Notes: generated by a model from the letters alone, not told the origin. A DNA stretch of 62,064 bases, filler included, from Choristocarpus tenellus KU-1152 (GCA_964200185.2; 12 parts of 12 records of this genome joined end to end with filler, not necessarily neighbours in it), one strand, 5' to 3'; counted from the whole stretch's first letter, positions 38,620-51,871 are shown. Translations and numbers: made by a program.

Positions 38620-39758
38620 GATCTTCATGACGTAGACATTACCCTGAATATGGACAAGACCTTTGCCACACCTCCCCAGGGTTACCAACCCACGCCCTTG
38701 GAACTGGAGCTTCTATCCACGGCGGGAATCAACCTAGCCCCGAACCCAAATGGGTTTGTTACATTGGGGGGGCTCCTGTGGAAACAGAGATGGATTCATC
38801 CAAGCCCACATGGCTGAGGTAATGGAGAGCTCTGGGTCATGAACTTTGGTCACATACCTCAGCGAGATGGAGGACGAATAGGTGGCCTGGCTCCTCAACT
38901 CCTGGTCCCTCACCTCCCGCCTTGGCTATCTGGCTAGGGTCACTCCCCCCCACCCGGCACACTCCATCGTGGAGCAAACAGACAACACCTTGTTACGGAC
39001 ACTGGAGAAGAAAATGGAGGTAGCAGATTCGACAGAGGCGTCGGACTTTTTTGAGGGAGGGTGTAACAATGGGCCTCCCTGCCTAGAGATCCACCAACAA
39101 GTACAGGCACAGATGCCCACAAGTGCAGGGGGGTTGGACCTCTCCTCTATTCAGCACCGCCAACACGCAGCATTGGTAGGATCACTAGGGGCCACTCTCC
39201 CCACCCTCCAAGCAAGGCTCCAAGGGCCTCATGGCCAGTCGTTCTCTCAAGCCATTTGTGCGAGCCCCACAATATGGGCCCTGGGATCGTCCATCCACAC
39301 CCTCCTCTCTACAGGTGTCTCCTCAGAAGACCTAGGGGAATCATTGGCCAAGACTGGGTAACCTGGGGGGGAACAACATTCCCCACACCAGCCCCAGAGA
39401 TCGACACTCTGGCGGTTCACAATGCCAATATAGAAGGAGGGCACAATACGAGATCTGCTTCGACTCTTTCCGGATGCAACTGCCCGCCTTACCTGATGAA
39501 GTGGACCAAGGGAAGTAAAGTTTCGTGCTAGCCCTGGCGCGCCATTGGAGTAAATGTGGACAAGGGGAAAATGCATTGGCCTCAACACAACCCCTGGAGC
39601 CAGCATGCCATATCCCCCCGTCAAGTTCAAACTCACTGCTAGCAGATCCCTAGCAAGAGAAAAGACTTTTTTTAACAGGTGCCTGGTGAATGGTTGCAGG
39701 AGACAGAAAGTGGATACCAGACATGCCCGCACCTGCCCTAGGGCAGGAGGACATGTTC
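38620..39758 (+). mobile_element. Decayed non-LTR retrotransposon (LINE), RT C-terminal and thumb region
   Basis: ITLNMDKT (RT LN..KT motif), GFVTLG, RLGYLARVTPP and QAQMPTSAGGLDL (Q..LP...GGLGL motif). Contains stops and frameshifts and is interrupted by a MITE at 39759. Confidence 0.8.
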
Positions 39759-39801
39759 GGCTCAAAGTATCTGGGAGGGGGTGGCGGCTGTCCATTTGGG
39801 G
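39759..39801 (+). mobile_element. MITE family B, 5' end truncated by contig end
   Basis: GGCTCAAAGTATCTGGGAGGGGTGGCGGCTGTCCATTTG. Confidence 0.8.
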
Positions 39802-40672
39802 NNNNNNNNNNNNNNNNNNNNNNNNNNNNNNNNNNNNNNNNNNNNTTAATTAATTAANNNNNNNNNNNNNNNNNNNNNNNNNNNNNNNNNNNNNNNNNNN
39901 NAACAAACAGCAGTACTACCAGGGCGGTCATTGTTACAAACATTTGCTGAATACGATGGTACAAGTAGTATTTTACTACTTTGGTCTCTAGGCGTGTGCC
40001 GGAACATACGCTTGTCCCAGAATGAAACTTGCTATTACTACGGTATTATTGTGGTGGCTGGTACTGTTCTACCCTGGGTTGACTTCGTTGATGCTGTCTG
40101 TTTTTAGTCCAAAGTCTGAGCATACACCGAAATGGTTGACCCAGGACGCGATTTGTTCTTATTATGGTGGTGGCTGATGCGGCCCTGGCCCATGATCCGT
40201 CAATCGTTCCTTGCTCGTCTTCTTGCTGCCTGATTATAGCTTGTTCTTAGGGAGGCACTGGTGCCCCCTGTGCCTCCTCGTACCAACTGTGGAGCCACCA
40301 CCCTCCTCCTAATCCTGACCTAGAGGTCTATTTCATCGTCCTCTTGGATTGGGCTCGATGGAGAAGCTGGCCTTCCGCGGCTCTTGCACCAGAAAGAGCC
40401 CACACCCTCGTCCTCTCGGCTTCACCTTGAAGAGGGTCTGCCTTGGCGCGGCCTCTGCATTGAAAAGAGCCATTATCATTCCGTGGGCCTCACCCCCCAA
40501 CAGAACAGTCTGTGGTGTTGAAGCCACCGCAGGACCTGGGTTGTCTTTCCGAGGGAAAGTACTGCTGATGATCGAGGAAGGGCAGAAATGCAACAACGAA
40601 AAGAAGGAAGAAATATATAAAGAGGGTACTCGACGTAGCTAAGAAGGGGAAGCCAAGAAAAGCAAGGTACAA

Positions 40673-40855
40673 GGTCAAAGTACCTGGGGGAGAGGGGATG
40701 GCGACTGTCCATTCGGTGCGGATATTTTATATCACGCAATTTTTTGATAATTTGGTTGCATGCATCAGACGGATACTGTAAGTGCACATTTCCTGGTCAG
40801 GGCTCGATGGGACACCCAGGTGCAGATCCCCCCCCTCCCCGAGATGCTTTGAAAC
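40673..40855 (+). mobile_element. MITE family B, full length (183 bp), 4-bp TSD ACAA
   Basis: GGTCAAAGTACCTG ... GAGATGCTTTGAAAC, flanked by ACAA at 40669-40672 and 40856-40859. Confidence 0.8.
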
Positions 40856-41526
40856 ACAACGTACTCATAGGAGAACACAACAGCTGGAAAGACCGGCAAA
40901 TCCTATGGGGAAAAAAGAGGAATATGAAATCAAGTGTCACGTCCAGTCCATCCAATCGTCCCGTATCAGACAACGGGGAATAGGAATGCGAGAAACAGTG
41001 AACCCTAGGGAAAGAGACCGGTGAGAAAAAGCAACATTCAACAGGCAGTGGTGAGTGTGGATGTGGGCCGATGTGCTCGGGTTTGCTCAGCCACTGCCTT
41101 AGCATGACGGACGTCGGCTACCACGGCTTCTCTAGCGTGTCACTGGTCCATGAAACACTCTTATTTTGGCTCGGCCACGCACACACACTCTTGACACCTG
41201 TGTTGGTTTGTTGCCCTTGTTTTGGATTCCTCAACTGAGCATGATATCACGCACGTCAAGGTCGTCTTGCGGGCACCAGTTCTTCTCCTGTTCACCTTCT
41301 GGCTTCCACTTTCCATCTGCAAGTTCCCCTAAAGGGTGTTCGCTCATCCCCCGTTTGTGCAAGTGATCCCCCTGAGAAGAAGAGGCACCGTTTTGGCACA
41401 GTCGGCGCAATAGTGTCACGCTCAGTCTTCACAAGGAAGGGCATCTTTGTAGGCCGGTGCGTTCCCTCTTATGAGGTCCAATACATTCAGGGTAGTGTGA
41501 ATGTACGATGACGAGGGTAAAGCTCT

Positions 41527-41785
41527 GAGCCAGAGTAAACGAGAGGTACCCAGAGCTGCGTTTTAAGGATGCTCACAAATGTGTGCAAAGTTCGCCTTTT
41601 ACTACAATATTGTGTAGGATATTTCCTGAGTTGTGTCTGAACATTTCAAGTGATTGAGAAATAAACGCTCTGAAATCAAACTTAGAACTTCATCCATAGG
41701 AATGTGGGTGAATTGCAAAAGATTGAAGAGTATACGTCAAGTGCAAACCGGCCAAAAGCTGGGTACCTCTCGTTTACTTTGGCTC
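41527..41785 (-). mobile_element. MITE family D (259 bp) with 27-bp TIRs
   Basis: GAGCCAGAGTAAACGAGAGGTACCCAG ... CTGGGTACCTCTCGTTTACTTTGGCTC (1 mismatch). Homologous to 679-941. Confidence 0.88.
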
Positions 41786-42114
41786 TCTACATAGTGGACT
41801 TGCTGGGGCGAGCGTCCACATCACAAAACCATAAAACAGGACGCCAAGCACTCCGTCGAGCCTTGAGCATTCCAATCTGAATAGTGAGTTAACACGATAG
41901 GCCTATGCTTCTGTCATGAAGCAGTTGGCTAATTTGTGGAAACGGCCCGAGGCTCCTTGAACCCACCCGTCCGTGATCCGATCTCGGGTGTAAATCAGGC
42001 TCATCACCGATGGTGTTGTCCAAGGTGAAAGAAAGCTTACCAGTCTGGGTGTGTGTGTTTGTGTATAGGTATGTATTTATATAATCGACGATTTTGTAAG
42101 TCAGTTAGCTGTTA

Positions 42115-42186
42115 ATAATTGTGGTGAAGTAGTATTCATATCTGCCTTCGAAGCAGACGTCCGGGGTTCGAATCCCCGCGATCGTA
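42115..42186 (+). pseudogene. tRNA pseudogene or tRNA-derived sequence, anticodon TCG (nominally Arg), body resembling tRNA-Gly(TCC)
   Basis: Perfect anticodon arm TCTGC-CTTCGAA-GCAGA and T arm CGGGG-TTCGAAT-CCCCG, D stem GTGA/TCAT, 4-nt variable loop and a downstream TTTT. The acceptor stem ATAATTG/CGATCGT has an A-C mismatch and two G-U pairs, and the D-loop GG reads AG. Confidence 0.8.
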
Positions 42187-42344
42187 CTTTTCTTTTCCCA
42201 CACGAATTCTGGATTACTGAACTGCCCCCTCTCGACCTCACATTCGCTCTACTCCTCATCAACTGACGCCACACCACCACCTTGTCGCCACGCCAACTCC
42301 ACGCGAACACCTTGTTACCACGCCAACTATGCGGCTACTTTCCA

Positions 42345-42553
42345 AAACCAGTGTACATCCACCTCCAAAATCCAGTGCGACCCATTCTTGCGTGTGGTAT
42401 CCATGTACACACCAATGCAACCAACTTTTGCGTATGATATCCGCTCACGCACCAATGCAACCAACTTTCGCTTATGGTATCCACTCACAAACCAATGTGG
42501 CCAATTTATGCGTATGGTATACACTCACAATCCAATGCGGCCAATTCCTGCGT
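42345..42553. repeat. 40-bp tandem repeat, ~5 degenerate units
   Basis: Recurring CCAATGCRRCCAAYTTTTGCGTATGGTATCCACTCAC. Confidence 0.85.
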
Positions 42554-42559
42554 TTCCGC

Positions 42560-43160
42560 TCTTGAGTCCATCCTCACAAATTGCTCTACCCCCATCCACG
42601 ACACTCCACACACTTGAATCGATATCTGGAACAACTCATATGGAACATACTATGCTTGGATGTTTGACAGATATGGACTGTTCCATACCTCCTATGCACC
42701 ATGATGTTCTAACAGTAGTTGATGATACTATGATGGGGTGTAAGGGTGTAATTATGAGGAGTAACCAGTACCGATATGCGAATCAACAATCACCATGAAG
42801 GCTCTGGTAATACTAGTTGAAAGGCCATTACATTGGTGGTCGAGTTAGAGCTGTGTACGGGCAGTTCCATGGGCCAGGGCATACAGAAAGACATCTCGTT
42901 CAGCACATCTTCATGGGCGGCGAGAAACCTGGATCGGGGTTTTGTCTTTCGAAGTGGCAAGAGAGTCACCGTTCTCTCTGCGGTAAATCTTACACCACCA
43001 TGATAGTTCGGAATGACTGTTCTCGTTAAATTTTCTTGTATTTCCTTCATCTTAAGTTGGATGTTGCGGAGACCTTCCGAAGAACCTGGTCGATATCTGG
43101 ACTGATGGTAATGTTGAGACCTTGAATTAATTGTATCGTTGGTGGTTTTGGTTGTGCATA
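42560..43160 (-). mobile_element. Decayed Ty3/gypsy pol 3' end (integrase tail, GPY/F region, possible chromodomain)
   Basis: Ordered minus-strand remnants in shifting frames: KMKEIQENLTR, VRFTAERTVTLL, PWNCPYTALTR (GPY-like), AFQLVLPE, SS*LHPY, NIMVHRRYG and VSWMG*SNL*GWTQE (chromo-like). Confidence 0.5.
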
Positions 43161-43715
43161 TTTTGACTGCTGTTATATGAGTATGGAAGAAGATTGAAGA
43201 AAGAGATAGGTGTTCGTAGATAGTCCTACTGATACACTATAAACACCACTGGTGGATTATGTGATAGGGTAAAGAGCCAGTGACAGATATATTATATGTA
43301 CTGACTCATAGTGTTGATTGAGTTTATATCATGTTAAATATGTAATTCATAGTAAATTAGTGTGGACGATTACAAACCCCACACTATAGAGTAATGATGG
43401 TAGTTAAGGCTAGAGTCTCACCCACGAGCTCAGTCAGTGGAATCGAGGCCACAAAGGCCCTTGTAATACTAACATTGTTCATCTATATGAAGCTCTTCTT
43501 TGTCCTTCATTAAAGCACCATAAAAGCCGCAGGTCCAGTGTGGGATAGTTCAACAATGGGAGCCTCATATGATTCCCCCTGGCTGAACGCGACGAGATGG
43601 TTAAAAAGAGAGGAGGAGTATTATTCTATATGATAGGCTTGATTTAACATGTGAACCTCACAGCCCAGAAAAAATTATCTATATAAATATACCGCTAAGA
43701 TTTGAACCATGATTT

Positions 43716-43802
43716 GGGTCAAAGTATCTGAGGGGGGGGTGCCAGCGACCGTTTTTCACCCTTTTTTCGATTTTCCCTTTTTTGGTGTGATTCGGTCGCA
43801 CG
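43716..43802 (+). mobile_element. MITE family C end, truncated by contig end
   Basis: Matches 10829 onward. Confidence 0.8.
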
Positions 43803-44631
43803 NNNNNNNNNNNNNNNNNNNNNNNNNNNNNNNNNNNNNNNNNNNNTTAATTAATTAANNNNNNNNNNNNNNNNNNNNNNNNNNNNNNNNNNNNNNNNNN
43901 NNGGTGGTATGTAGTGCTACTGAGTGGTACCAAATTGAGATGGAAGAGTCATGAGATTTAAGTTTAAAACGAAAGCAAAATCAACGTTTCGATATATTTG
44001 CATAAACTATGTATAGTATTTAAGTACCTAGTATGTGTGTGCGTGTGTACCATATCGAGCCAATGAAAGACATGACTCTCAACAATGCTTTTATACGTGG
44101 TGGATTCCAAGGACAACGTTGTCAATTGATTCCTTCCATATTTCGTTCTTAGGTTTAAGCGAAGTAACAACCCCACGACTCATGGACAGCAGGAGTGACC
44201 ATCATTAACCATTTTGCCCTTGTTATGGCAGTTCTGGTTGAGCAGCGTGCTAGACAAGTGATAAACGTTAAAGAAACATCCACACTAGGATTCAACTTAA
44301 CGCATCCTTTTCACATTCTACCATGAAATAGTAGATCTTCTCGGTCAAGTCCTAACCCTCGTAGCCTTAAACCTCTACAAGTAGAGTCAGGCATCCTACC
44401 TCAAGGTGTACAAACCCTACATCAATCAAACATGTCTACACCTTCTCCAACTCCAACAACTCCATCTTGTTAGAGATACTGTTACAGGTTATGCCTTGCA
44501 CTGAAAAGATAGGGGGCATAAGCTCCACTGATTATTGATATTAGCTGACTAGAAAGCAAGACGATAAAGATCGTGTGCTGTTCGCTACCACTTACTTCCA
44601 GCTGGATCGAGACTGAACTGCAACAGAGAGG

Positions 44632-47600
44632 ATGCCTCGTGCAGCAATTATCCTCACCCGATGTGCCCTGGTTGCTGCGATATGTTCCACTCTCATCTAC
44701 ATGCACTACACACATACTATTCTTGACAAGAGGGTCAATGGTGGCGATGGAGCGCCGTTGCCTGGAATGGCAATGTCACAATGGTTTGCCCAAAATGAGA
44801 TTCCACAGGGAGAAGGGTCAGATAGGGAAGACATCCGGAACGTGAAGCCAATGGATCGAACACTTCAAGGGAAGGGTATGGATCTGAGGTGCAAGTTTGG
44901 TCGGGCACCGATAAACCTGGCCTACTGGATGGATATTCCATCGGATAGAGATTACGAGAGTGTATGGGGTGATCGGGCGAAGGCAGCGAAGAGGTCTGGG
45001 ATGCCACAATACGTGACTTTTGAAGCGGATCACGGAGGTTTCAACAACATCAGGTCAGAGTGGAGCGCGTCTGGGGAGAAATGCGGAGGGAAGAGTTAGA
45101 TACGAAGGAAGAAATTTTGTTGGTCAAACCCTACGCTACACACACCCGATTGTGTTTGGCGGTGAATGTGAGAAAGGATTAAGGGGGTCAATGCAATATA
45201 TCGTTTCAATGTGGTCCCCTTCTATTTCTGCAGACCTGTGGATTACCAATTTTATGCAGACCCCGAAAGAAGCTCATACAACGCAAATTATTACTATGAC
45301 AGTTTGGTGAAGGTGCTGTCGCCGTCATTGCCCCTAAGAGTGAGTTCTATACACTTTGTCAAACTTCATAGTATTGCAAATGTTTCGGTGGTTCAGTATT
45401 GTGACAATCACGATGGACTTTCAATGATGCTAATCTACTTTCTGTTGCATTCATGATTCCTGTTTTTGTCATGTTTTGGGGACGGCCCTTAGTATGTTCC
45501 GCGCGTTCACTTCCCCGACCTGATAACGATTCTCATCTGTCTCTACCCAATTCCAATTTCTCTTCTTTCAAACTGGACCCCATGCCACCCCACCTGTCCC
45601 TGCAACTTTTATCCAAGATCACTCTTATCTCTGATAGGTGTGCCCCTCTGTGATGCAATGGAATTGTTCCTGCAACTAACCCTAATCCTTACATTAAGCT
45701 GTGATCCTTCCGTCTATGGTGGTCTTCATCAGATCGGTTGCATCTCATACACTGATACCACCATTAAAGTGGGGAAGATTTTTAAAATAAAATACCGCAC
45801 CCCTTGCCCCCCCCCCTCACAACCATGCCAGCCAACACCTTACCACACTCAACTTCTTGGCTCTGTTGGATGTTGTATTTTTTGTAGGATGGCGATGGAG
45901 GTGATGGTTGTGTTTGCCAAGGAGACAGGGCGCACGCTTGTTTTGCCACCACCTCAGCGCATGTACCTCTTGAAGAAACCAGAGGTGGAATTTTCTGACA
46001 TCTTTCCTGTGGAGAGGCTGTCGATGTACATGGATGTGGTGTCCACGAAGGTAAGGTTTGTTCATACGTACAAACGTTTATGTATATATATATATATTTA
46101 TATATGCAAATTTTCTTGTAGCACTAAGAACAACTCTGTCTATATATGAGGTAGTCATTGTAATGATAATATATATGAAATGGTAGTAGTATTTTGTATG
46201 TATGCTTCTTTCAATGTGTTCTTTGATACATACACATCTGTGTTTGTGCACAACTGGCCCACCTGTATATGTGAGTGTTTTGTATATGGACACATCTATG
46301 TATGAATGGTATTCAAACATGTATTCTAGAAACAGTGTGTGCTTACTATTTGTGTATCTGTGTATCTACCCACAAGGTGGTCGTGGTGATGGTCTTGTTC
46401 ATCAAATGTTTGAGATGTCACTTTTCCACTGGGGCAGGAAGTTGTGTGACTGTCTGCCCTGGGTGGAATAATATTTTAGAAAATCAAAGGGCGGAAACCT
46501 GAAATGAAATAGTGGTCGGGGTGGGGGTAGGGGTAGGGATGGGGGAGTGATGATAGTGTTCTCTGAAGTATGTATTTTTTTAATCCCTTTTCTTCTTTTT
46601 AAATATATTGGGTTAAGGTTGAGTGAGGTCTTGCTGTATGCACTACAAGATGTTTTTTTAGAACCTACCTTGCTCTGTGTGTCTTGTTACTTAGGGAAAG
46701 TATTTTATTAACAGTGCAGTGGCAGTCTGGAATAACTCATATCTCGGGTACTATTTAAACATGTCCCTGTGATGGGGAGTTTTTACTATGCTGGTGGCGT
46801 TTTTCTTCAGTTGTCCATTGCCTTTGCGTTTACTTCCCGGTGCTGCTTTATCTGCTTTGCTCTTGTGATACCAGCCTTACTCTTGAGACCAGTTTATTGC
46901 TATTAAGAATAGCTTTTGTTTTGAGAGAGATTTTCAAGGTAGTAAAAATAGTACACACTTTTTTTTTCGCTCATTGTCTTGCGTACTCTTTGCATTCTTG
47001 CTAATCTAATGTATTGTAATTAACCTCTTCCCTACTGTTTATTTAGTAATGACTCTAAATGGTTACAGTGGAGGATATTGTTGCTCTTTTTTTTTGTAAA
47101 GTGTATTTGTTTTTCTGCTGCTCACTCTTCATCTCTTTGCCTAGCTGGCTTGTAGTGACTGGGATTGAAGCTTGTGATATTTTTTCTGTGATCATAATCC
47201 GGTTTGTTTTTTATTTTTTGTTCTGTGTAATATTGGCACGTTAACAATAAGTTCAACTGTATTTTAAGAAAGAATGACAACATCGCAACTGCACAGACAC
47301 AATCACTATCTCTTGACTGCATTTATAATATGATTTCAAAATAGGCAACCAAACGGTGCAGTTTACTGCTCCAACCATGTTTTAAATAATCAATTGCCAG
47401 AAGTGCAACACAGGTAGCATCTAAGAAAACAATGATGCAATAGAGTGCAGGCGATGAGAGTTATGCAATGTATTTCTTATTTTATCAATGATACCTAGCT
47501 AAACAAGAAAAAGTGAAACACAAACCATGATAAAGATGTTTGTTGATATTATTTGGTTACGTTGAGAAATGTTGCAGCTTCACGACCAACTATATTGTTG

Positions 47601-47686
47601 ATGGTATTTTTGACAACAGGAGTTCTTGGAGAGGGAAGGCGTGACAGGCAGGCTAGGCCCACTCCCACCTGGGAATGTTACCACAG
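44632..47686 (+). CDS. GDP-fucose protein O-fucosyltransferase (O-FucT) family glycosyltransferase, 5' exons
   Basis: Exons 44632-45053, 45888-46050 and 47620-47686 join in frame. Hydrophobic N-terminal anchor, then [36 protein letters not shown] (GGxNN..RTLVLP motif), FSDIFP and EFLEREG. Start codon is inferred and the 3' part is missing. Confidence 0.85.
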
Positions 47687-50600
47687 GTATAGCTAAGTCA
47701 TGAGACCAATATGAAGAAAACAGAGTTTTCTTTGATGGGGTAATAAGGTTAATGTGTATTGTTGGTTTTGATGACAAGATGTTCCTGTTTAGTGTAATGT
47801 AAGTAGCCTTCTATTACATATGATTTGTTGTTGTCTTGAAGGCTTAAGAGTTTATGACTGGATTTTGATCAATTTTTTAAGGATAGGTTTGGGCTGTGTC
47901 AAAGTTATTGGTACTATTAGTTTCTGTTGGTGGTTGGGGAGTGATTCATCAGCTGTAGTGTGAGATTTGCGATCAAGTTGTTGCAGAGCTTACACGTCAT
48001 CGTTATTAATATTAATTTTTTTGTACTGTAGTTGGTTAATTGTTTAGTTGGAGGTTGGAGGGAGAGTTGAGGCAGTGATACCATTTGCAGGTCATTATTT
48101 TTTGGTTCAAAATCATGTTTTTTTTTAGGGGATTTGGGCTTTTGATTGATTGCTCAATAGTGGAGAGTTGGGAACAAGTTAGGGCTTACAGTGTACTACT
48201 GTAAGTATGCAGCTTTTTTTTTAGTGCAAGGCCTTGATTGGTTAACCGTAGTGGATAGTGCTGAGGCTACATTGGAGATTTGATGTTGTAAATCATCAAT
48301 TATATTTTTTGTCGGGTTAGGGTTTTGGGGTTGAAGAAACATAACTATATGGAGGTTTGAGGAAGTATTCTCGATAGCGCTCAAACTTTAAACTCTGATG
48401 TGTGCAAGTTTATTTTCTGTGTGTGTGTGGTTTTTTATTATTATTATTATTATTTCCAAGGTTACGAATACGGATAAAACTCTCGCACGGCATGTCCTGT
48501 AGAGGCTCTTGGTGTTTGGATTCAGAAGAGTGGGGGCACAGTTGATATTTTTAGAATTGGTGTTGTTAATGGTAGTGATTGATTTGTTTTTTGTTCCATC
48601 AGGTGTTGAGGCAATCTGAAGTTGATGCACGTTGGAGGTAAAGGGTTAGGATTAGGGTTAGAAGATTCGATTTTTTTTTGTCATGTGTCTGAATGCTAGT
48701 GCATCTGGTCGCTCGTCCTGTGATTTTATTTCCTGGGGGTGAGATATTTTGGTTCCGATTATTGAGTGCGTGGGTGGGGGGGTGAATGTTTTGATCTCGA
48801 TTTAGTCCTTTGGATGTTAATGTTTTGATCTTGAGAAAAAAGAGATCGGAGTGTATTTATATTTCCTCGGGGTGATGCTTACGTTTCTTTTGTTGCTCTC
48901 CATTTTTTTTTTTTCCACTGGATGGCATTGTTGTTTAATGTAGTACTGGATATAGTACTGTTGATGGTATGTAGTAGGTGTTTAAATGTGGATTGATGAG
49001 GACTACAAACTCGTTGAAGAGTTGTGGTGTGTTTGAGCTATTATCGACTATTTGAATAAGAAACTGCAGTAATACATGTATCATACGCACACAAACCACT
49101 TCAACAAACAAAAACAAAAAAATAATATTTTCGAGACTGCACCAGTAAGTTAAAAAGGCGAGAATATTATTTGCTTGAAACAACTGCAGAAATGCACTTT
49201 GTGAAAAAAAATATTGTTGTAGGCAAACAGTTAAGGTGTTGGCAATACAGATCCTTAGGGGTAAGTCACGGTATTTGGATAGTGTGGTGGTGGTGACAGT
49301 CAGTCGCTTACTTCACACAAAAAGACATCTTGTAACACCTATGAAGCTCCTTGAGCGTACTGAAGTAGGAAATCGAGAAGGGGCGCAAGCAAGACTATCA
49401 GACTCAAAGACTTCAATTTTTTTTTATTTAAAAAATAGAGAAAAAAAAAAGGGTACCAAAGATGGGCAATAATATATATATATAATATATATAATATATC
49501 TTTTTTATTGTTGGTTCACTAGTAGCGCTTTGTGGAAAGAAAAAAAATGACGTACATTTTGGTCCGGACACTTTTTTCTTTTTTTTTAGAAGAGTAGGTT
49601 AGGTGTACCAGACCTTTTTAGAAGAGGCTTGAGATGTCAGAGGGAGGGGAGGGTCTTAGCCAAGGTGATAGAGACAGGCAATATGGGAGTGATGTGGGAG
49701 TGTACGTCACTCGAGGCGATGATGTCGGCGATTCGTGTTTGTTGGGGCTGTCACCTTTTTGTTTGCAGGAGACGATATTGTTCTCTCACCTTGGGGAAGA
49801 TTGGGATTTCAATACTTTGGAACAGTAGAAGCAAAAGAACAAGGGGGGGGGGAGAAAAAAAAAAAACGAAAAAAAGTATTTGTGTGGAACAATTTCGGNN
49901 NNNNNNNNNNNNNNNNNNNNNNNNNNNNNNNNNNNNNNNNNNTTAATTAATTAANNNNNNNNNNNNNNNNNNNNNNNNNNNNNNNNNNNNNNNNNNNNGG
50001 GTGTGGGGGGTGGGGGTTGTGATCATTTATCTTGTTGGTGGAATGTTAATACTAGTATTGTAGCCATTGCCTATAATGTATGAGAAACAAAGAGTAACTA
50101 TGGTACAAAAAATAAATGTCAATAAAATAATGTGATATTTGACTAACATGAGGTACGTACATACATACATACATACATACAAACATACATACATACATAC
50201 ACACATACACACATACATACACACATACATACATACATACATACATACATACATACATACATACATACATAACCTATTTATAAGCACTTTGTGCAGAGAA
50301 ACAGATGAGTTCCAGACCACGGTAACATTTGCAATCCAATGACAGATTACAAACCAGGTCCCACAGCGAAAGAACATAGCAGCATGTCGCCTTTAGTCAA
50401 ACAAGTAATGACATCACACTCTCACATATACAGAGACAACACTCACTCACTCACTCACTCACTCATCACATAAACCTTAAAAAACACACACACAACATGA
50501 TTTCTCTGACAGACTCAAAAACTGAACCACCTCCTGTACCTCACCTAGAAAAGAACAGTAGCATGTCTACTACACAACCACAACAGAGACCTTGTCAAGG

Positions 50601-51756
50601 AGGTTATCAATGTCTCTCTTGCAACAGCGGTCATTCATCCCTGAACAAACCAGAAGGAATAAACCATCTCCCCCCCCCCAAAAAAAAAACTTCCCGTACA
50701 TTGCAAACAAACAAAAAAACAATTTAAAACGCCTTCAATCTCAAATGAAAAAAAAATAGAACTTGATACTTAATACAGAGAAACATCAGAAAAATCAAAA
50801 AGTAATACAAATACTGTGCAAGGTTGTTAATCCTATACTCAATACTCAATGCCTATCTCACTGTCGTTCCACCACTGACAAATCAGAATCAGAACAATTT
50901 CATTGTTTTTCATTGGAAAAGTCACAGGAGACCACCAAGAGATTAATTTTTTTAATTAAATATAAAAATATATTATATATATATTATACATATTATATAT
51001 TATAAATATTATATATTACACATATTATATATATATTGCCAAAGCGCAGCCCGCAAAGTTCTGTTGGAAATAGTGACACTAATGTAGCTGTATGAACTGT
51101 CTCTTCAAAAGTGACACTAATGTAACTGTATGAACTGTCTCTTCAAAAGTGTCTATTGTCAAAAGTGCTTACTTGCGTACCTATTTTCATCTTTTTTCAT
51201 CTTGTAATACGTATTTCACAAAAAAAAATGAGCTCAAATATATATATATTTTTTCACTCTTATAAAAATCGCGCCTGCTGGGAATACGATGTACTGATAA
51301 ATTTTGAACTTTTTTTCAGTTTTATTTTTATTTTTCATAAAACAAGCCTATCGTAAACACACCAATCAAATATTTTCATTTTCAGATCCCCTTCTATATC
51401 ATCCCACACGCATTGACTTCCCCTCTATGTGGTCCAGTCCCCCAAACAAACCCTATAAAAGAAAAGGTATTCCTCTTCTTCTCCCTCCTGTTATTTTCAA
51501 AAACTATAACAATAATAATAACTAATAAAACTGTTAAGTAGTACCCTATGTATGTACTGTGTGTACTCTATTTTACCTTAAGGTGAGGGTTGAGGTACCT
51601 CATATCGGCAAGGAGGAAAAAAAAATAAACCTAATTTTAAAAATAATAATAATACTATCGTTGTCTTCTCTTTCGTCAAAATGAACTGCTGTATTAAATA
51701 CATTGGAGTAAAGCTGTTGCAACAATCCTTGGAAATAAAAAACCGAAGGAAGCCCT

Positions 51757-51871
51757 TGATTACACATAACCTTTATCACACATAACCTTTATCACACATA
51801 ACCTTGATCACACATAACCTTGATCACACATAACCTTTATCACACATAACCTTGATCACACATAACATTGA
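51757..51871. repeat. 16-17-bp tandem repeat (TCACACATAACCTTKA)
   Basis: About 7 copies read directly. Confidence 0.9.

Noticed and set aside
42115-42186. Functional tRNA-Arg(TCG)
   Set aside because: Defective acceptor stem and loss of the D-loop GG, so it is treated as a pseudogene.
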